This document shows positions 59,788 to 64,000 of a stretch of 64,000 nucleotides of DNA, in pieces. Both the position numbers and the translations under genes were made by a program. The notes beneath the pieces are model-generated. The model was not told the DNA's origin, ran no database searches, and saw only the letters and a list, made by a program, of their open reading frames with translations. Each line of letters starts with the position of its first letter. Position 1 is the first letter of the stretch. Source of the DNA: a virus. Lineage: Duplodnaviria; Caudoviricetes. Location of the stretch: positions 32,001 through 96,000 of IMG/VR virus record IMGVR_UViG_3300042862_000163. One strand, 5' to 3'.

Positions 59788-59914
59788 AACCTAATATTTT
59801 TTTTAAATGTTTATACAATCTATTTTCTCTACAATAAGAACACGACCCATTGTTTCTACATTGACGACTAACAGCTTTAGCTCCTGTGAACTTTTTCTTT
59901 TTGGTTCTGCTCAT
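59753..59914 (-). CDS. Small basic Cys-containing protein (53 aa)
   Basis: Translated by hand: MSRTKKKKFTGAKAVSRQCRNNGSCSYCRENR...*; ATGA overlap with the upstream gene. Confidence 0.6.
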   Translation of the reverse strand: MSRTKKKKFTGAKAVSRQCRNNGSCSYCRENRLYKHLKKILGYEQTRRSNNTE

Positions 59915-60333
59915 CGGTCACATTCAACAAATGCTTCTGGATATTCTTTTAAAGCTTTTAAATATTTTTCTATCCAAGGTACAAAATTATGATACATTCC
60001 CCAACCATTTGGACTATTAAATAGCTCATAATATTCAGGTCTAGCTTTCATGTCTTTCAATCCTTTTTCTATAATAGGAATTATTTCATGAGCTTTTACA
60101 GGATTAGCTTCTTCAAACGCATACTGAGCATTATAATCACTTTCAGGAATATTATATCCTTCTTTTAATTCATATGGTCTCCATAGTGCTTCATATAATC
60201 CAGCAGCTTCAGCCATCTTTCCTAGATTATGTGTAATGTTTGAACTATACAAAGATTCTCTTTGTGGTTCTAATGTTTTACCTTCGTCATAAGTGACATG
60301 GTAATTTCTATATAATGTTACGTCTAAACTCAT
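59911..60333 (-). CDS. Hypothetical phage protein
   Basis: MSLDVTL..NITHNLGKMA..NGWG pattern. Confidence 0.7.
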   Translation of the reverse strand: MSLDVTLYRNYHVTYDEGKTLEPQRESLYSSNITHNLGKMAEAAGLYEALWRPYELKEGYNIPESDYNAQYAFEEANPVKAHEIIPIIEKGLKDMKARPEYYELFNSPNGWGMYHNFVPWIEKYLKALKEYPEAFVECDR

Positions 60334-60737
60334 ATTTTTTTCTTTTTAGATTGTTTAAATAAATTAGTTTTGATTGTGTGATCTGGTTTACAGAGAATCT
60401 GATAACTGGAAATATCTTCTTTTGTTAATCTTTGTATAAAAGGAACTATATCATCATAGTTATTTAAACTTCCTGCTTCTTCTATGTGATCAATTTCTAC
60501 ATCTGCTCGTTTGAACCACTGCTTACAATGATTACATTGATATTCTTTTTTAATACGTTTATTTGTACTTTCAGAAGGTCTGCTGGATGCTTCTAATGCT
60601 AATTGCATAGGTTTCCAATATCTAAATCCACTTCTTAATATACTACGTATTTTACTAAAATATTGGCTCTCTGTCATGGTTCCTCCATTTCTAGAGCAAA
60701 CAGTTGTTGCTTTTCTTTTTACTACTCTCTTTGCCAT
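60330..60737 (-). CDS. HNH endonuclease
   Basis: YQCNHC...VEIDHI...YQILCKPDH. Confidence 0.8.
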   Translation of the reverse strand: MAKRVVKRKATTVCSRNGGTMTESQYFSKIRSILRSGFRYWKPMQLALEASSRPSESTNKRIKKEYQCNHCKQWFKRADVEIDHIEEAGSLNNYDDIVPFIQRLTKEDISSYQILCKPDHTIKTNLFKQSKKKKI

Positions 60738-60799
60738 ATTGTTATAATTAAGTTGGGCTACAAAGTTATGAAAAAATTGTAACCCAACTATATTATTTA

Positions 60800-62338
60800 T
60801 TACTTAATCGTAGTTACACGATCAACAATCTTAGCTTTCATCTCACTTAGATTCAATACAATTGTATTGATTTCTCTAGCTGAAATAGCTGGCATGTTGA
60901 ATTCATATTTCTTAGACTCTGTAGCAAATCCTTCTTTAGCTTTCTCTAAAAGAGATTCTAATTCACGAATAGCATAATCTTCATCTAATTGTAATGTATC
61001 AAACTCACCATCATGTAATATTCTAGTAGCTTCATCTCTTGGAACAGTCATGATTGGAAGATATTCAAAACATCTACCTTTATGTTTACCAATACCTACT
61101 ACCTTCATAGGATTAATAAGAACAATTACTGATTGATCTCCACATCCTACATAGTGAATTTGATCAGAAGTAAAGTGTAATCCTGCAGCAGCACAATCTT
61201 GTGTACTCCAGTTACAATCTTCTTGTGGCATACTTGTAACTTGTCCAATACGAATATCAAATGTTTTGGTCCAGTCATCAGTGAATCTATTCTCTTCTCT
61301 ATTAGGAAGATCTAAATACAATTCTGTTAATCCACCAATTCTTTGACCATAGTCTATTGGAACTTGTACAGTGTATTCATATTCTTCTACTTCTCCTGTT
61401 CCATTACATGTTTCACAATCTTCCCAGTTTTCATCTTCATTTTCTTCATCATAATCTTCGTACCATCCACCTGCACCATTACATTCTGGACAATCTGTAG
61501 ATGTGTGTGTTTCAATTTTTGTTAAATGACCTTTATCTACAAGTTTATACTCACCATCTTGTAAGAATACAATGTAATTATCTGGATTCTTTTTCCATAC
61601 AGCTTTCACTTTATTATAAGAGTTACTTACAAAGTGAACTAGTTCTGGAGATCCATGAAGTGTTACAACGTTTCTTAACGCTACAACAAATCCTTGTCTA
61701 GTAATTCTAAAGCTATTCTCTTCTAAGAATCTGTATAGCTCATGTGCCACTTCAGCTCTTGGGTTTAAACAACACCACATGAAGAAGTTTTTCAATGCTA
61801 CATAATCATCATTTTGGTTAAGAGCTTCTTGAACATTTCCAAATCCTGTATAATATTTTACATCATTTACAACTATGATGAATCTTTCTACTAATAATGG
61901 AGGAAGACTTCTAGATGTACCTTTTAGATACACAGTGTTACCTTCTACAGTGAAATCAGGAAGTGCACCAAGTAATTCAATACCTTGTTGTAAAGCTTGA
62001 ATTCTAACTGTTTCTTGTCTAACTGCTTCTAAATCAGCCATCACCTCACGAGAAGACATAATTATATCTATCTCATGCTCATCTGTAGCATTACTTACAG
62101 CATAGAAATCTTCTTCTGTTGCTGCAGGTTTACTTAATACATCACCATTATTCAACACCACGGTGAGTGTATCATTAACCAACTTCATTGTCATATAAGG
62201 TTTAACCTTAGCATGACATTGTTGTTCTACAGGAACTTCTTGCTCCATCAAGCTCTCTAACTTGTTAGCCACCACTTTACCAATTGCATTCTCTGCTGTT
62301 TCTTTGAACCAGTCTAACGATAAAAATTTACTACTCAT
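60800..62338 (-). CDS. rIIB-like protein with an inserted Zn finger
   Basis: LKNFFMWCCLNP..ELYRFL...IT..GFVVALR; IG..TSMP..DC..CAAAGLHF; VLINPMKVV..KGRCFEY; directly downstream of the rIIA-like gene. Confidence 0.8.
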   Translation of the reverse strand: MSSKFLSLDWFKETAENAIGKVVANKLESLMEQEVPVEQQCHAKVKPYMTMKLVNDTLTVVLNNGDVLSKPAATEEDFYAVSNATDEHEIDIIMSSREVMADLEAVRQETVRIQALQQGIELLGALPDFTVEGNTVYLKGTSRSLPPLLVERFIIVVNDVKYYTGFGNVQEALNQNDDYVALKNFFMWCCLNPRAEVAHELYRFLEENSFRITRQGFVVALRNVVTLHGSPELVHFVSNSYNKVKAVWKKNPDNYIVFLQDGEYKLVDKGHLTKIETHTSTDCPECNGAGGWYEDYDEENEDENWEDCETCNGTGEVEEYEYTVQVPIDYGQRIGGLTELYLDLPNREENRFTDDWTKTFDIRIGQVTSMPQEDCNWSTQDCAAAGLHFTSDQIHYVGCGDQSVIVLINPMKVVGIGKHKGRCFEYLPIMTVPRDEATRILHDGEFDTLQLDEDYAIRELESLLEKAKEGFATESKKYEFNMPAISAREINTIVLNLSEMKAKIVDRVTTIK

Positions 62339-62366
62339 CTTATTTATTTATTTAATTGTTAATTGT

Positions 62367-62394
62367 TAAAAGAGAGGGACACTGATGTCCCTCT
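62367..62394 (-). terminator. Intrinsic terminator/stem-loop between the rIIA-like and rIIB-like genes
   Basis: AGAGGGACA-ctga-TGTCCCTCT stem, followed by CTTTT on the minus strand. Confidence 0.6.
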
Positions 62395-62400
62395 GTTAAT

Positions 62401-63999
62401 TTATACTAATGCTTCTATTGATTCTTCTGTTAATATCTCATCATTAATTCTGATGTTATAATGACTTAAATTCACTCTATGTTTGTAATACTTGAACAAA
62501 TCAGTCATCACATTAATCATTGGATCTTTATCATGTGTATATGATAATCTTGCACACACAGGCTCCAAGAATAAAAGTTTTTCAAATATTTCTTTCATTT
62601 GTAAATACTCTGGATAGATGTCTTGATCAAACAAATTGTGTTTCTCTGCTACTGTTAACATAGCTTTGCTTAATGATTCATCTTGTTGAACATAGTTAGC
62701 ACGTCTATACTTAGCCAACACTTTTAATTTTGTAGCTAAATCAGTAGATACATACTCAAGAGTATCAACTTTGTTAAAGATTGATGCATTCTTTGACATC
62801 ATGTTGTAAATCAATATTGATGTAACCATTCTTTTAAATGGTGCAGTTTTACCTTCCATAAATTTGTCATAAGATATTAAATTGTGAATTTCTAATTGTT
62901 CAACTATTTTCAACTCTCTATCAGAGAATGTGATGACTTCCATTTTTTGTTTACCAATCATCATTCCATAAAGAGCATCAAGTTTATAAGCATCTTCATG
63001 TTTAGCATACACTTTTAAATGCTTTGCTTTGTGAAGATCTTCTAACTTGTATAGTTGTGAATCAAACTTACAATTTTTACCACCATTATACCTAGCTAAA
63101 GGTACACCTAATTTACAAACTATCTCTCCTTGAAGTTTTAATCTTTTACCACTTGATATTGAAGCTTTAGCAACTTTTGCTTTCTTTTTAGAATCAATAA
63201 AGTCTTGTGGCACCTCAAGATCATCAAGATTGATGAAATTTGCTTCAACCAAAGACATGATATGTTGATATTCTTTGATTACAGTTCTCCATTTTGCTTT
63301 TGGAACTTTATTCAATTGCAAAAGATGATAATATGTATCAAGTCTATACTTAGCAGCAACACCTAATGTCATAGCAGGAGCTGGTTTAACTAAGAATGTA
63401 CGTCCATATTGTTCACATGTAGCTCTTAAATAATCTTTCTTAATACCAGCAACTTTATCATGATATACATACACTACAGCTGATCCATCACATACACTTT
63501 GTAAGTTGTATCCATACACATAATGTTTGTCTACATTCTGTATTCTTCTATTGTTTACATAGAATTTAGCAGGAAATGCTTCAACTAACATGTTTTGTTT
63601 ATATGATTTATACAATGTAGGGAAATCTAACAACTTAACTCCTTCAATTTTAGGAATTTGTGGTGCTATAGTAGAAAACTTAACAAATGGTTCAATGTTT
63701 CTTGTGAATCCACTAGCCATCTCTACATAATATCCACTTTTCTCAATATGATTAATCACAGACTTGATGTCATTTCCTTCAGCAATGTTATCATTATACT
63801 TAGTGACAAGATAGTTTGCTACTTGAGCTAGTTTATCAGTAATAATCTTCTTGGCCTCTGGTGTATATCTAATGCTCTCTCTATTTGGTGTTGGAAATAA
63901 TCCATCACTCAAAGAAAATCTAAGAGCTAAAGGAAAATAAATTGTGTGTATTCCCATTTTTCCAAAATCAAGAGGATAATAAACATTGTCTAAACATAA
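62401..63999 (-). CDS. rIIA-like protein (5'-partial; frame open to the window edge)
   Basis: LCLDNVYYPLD..LRFSLSDGLFPTPNRESIRYT, typical of rIIA after its ATPase domain; paired with the rIIB-like gene. Confidence 0.8.
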   Translation of the reverse strand, partial: LCLDNVYYPLDFGKMGIHTIYFPLALRFSLSDGLFPTPNRESIRYTPEAKKIITDKLAQVANYLVTKYNDNIAEGNDIKSVINHIEKSGYYVEMASGFTRNIEPFVKFSTIAPQIPKIEGVKLLDFPTLYKSYKQNMLVEAFPAKFYVNNRRIQNVDKHYVYGYNLQSVCDGSAVVYVYHDKVAGIKKDYLRATCEQYGRTFLVKPAPAMTLGVAAKYRLDTYYHLLQLNKVPKAKWRTVIKEYQHIMSLVEANFINLDDLEVPQDFIDSKKKAKVAKASISSGKRLKLQGEIVCKLGVPLARYNGGKNCKFDSQLYKLEDLHKAKHLKVYAKHEDAYKLDALYGMMIGKQKMEVITFSDRELKIVEQLEIHNLISYDKFMEGKTAPFKRMVTSILIYNMMSKNASIFNKVDTLEYVSTDLATKLKVLAKYRRANYVQQDESLSKAMLTVAEKHNLFDQDIYPEYLQMKEIFEKLLFLEPVCARLSYTHDKDPMINVMTDLFKYYKHRVNLSHYNIRINDEILTEESIEALV

Positions 64000-64000
64000 G

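Noticed and set aside
1-64000. Stop-codon reassignment, as known in some crAss-like phages
   Set aside because: Very long ORFs are intact under the standard code, coding density is high, and TAG and TGA are used as real stops (e.g. 31912, 33003).

Overview
This AT-rich window is a segment of a crAss-like (Crassvirales-type) dsDNA phage genome read in the standard genetic code. The host is most likely a Bacteroidota/Flavobacteriia species: TAnnTTTG promoter boxes are present and Shine-Dalgarno sites are not evident. The + strand (1-46.5 kb) carries the virion module: a tail ring fragment, a muzzle/stabilisation protein that appears split, ejected cargo proteins including a 4125-aa virion RNA polymerase with the DFDID motif, a lysis cassette, fibre/decoration genes mixed with glycosyltransferase, sulfotransferase and cysC genes, and a cluster of small Lys-rich proteins. 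The - strand (46.5-64 kb) carries metabolism and recombination genes: GT2, GT11, GroES-like, PhoH, MazG, dNMP kinase, RecA, an exonuclease, HNH, rIIA/rIIB. The two arms converge on a bidirectional terminator. Most interesting: (1) a putative virion O-glycosylation/sulfation system with poly-Thr acceptor tags; (2) a dNMP kinase split in two by a free-standing GIY-YIG endonuclease with no room for an intron; (3) a hydrophobic-x-x-GG / AQxG motif shared by cargo proteins and small basic proteins; (4) promoter boxes embedded in hairpins. All assignments come from motifs recognised by eye; no database searches were run.
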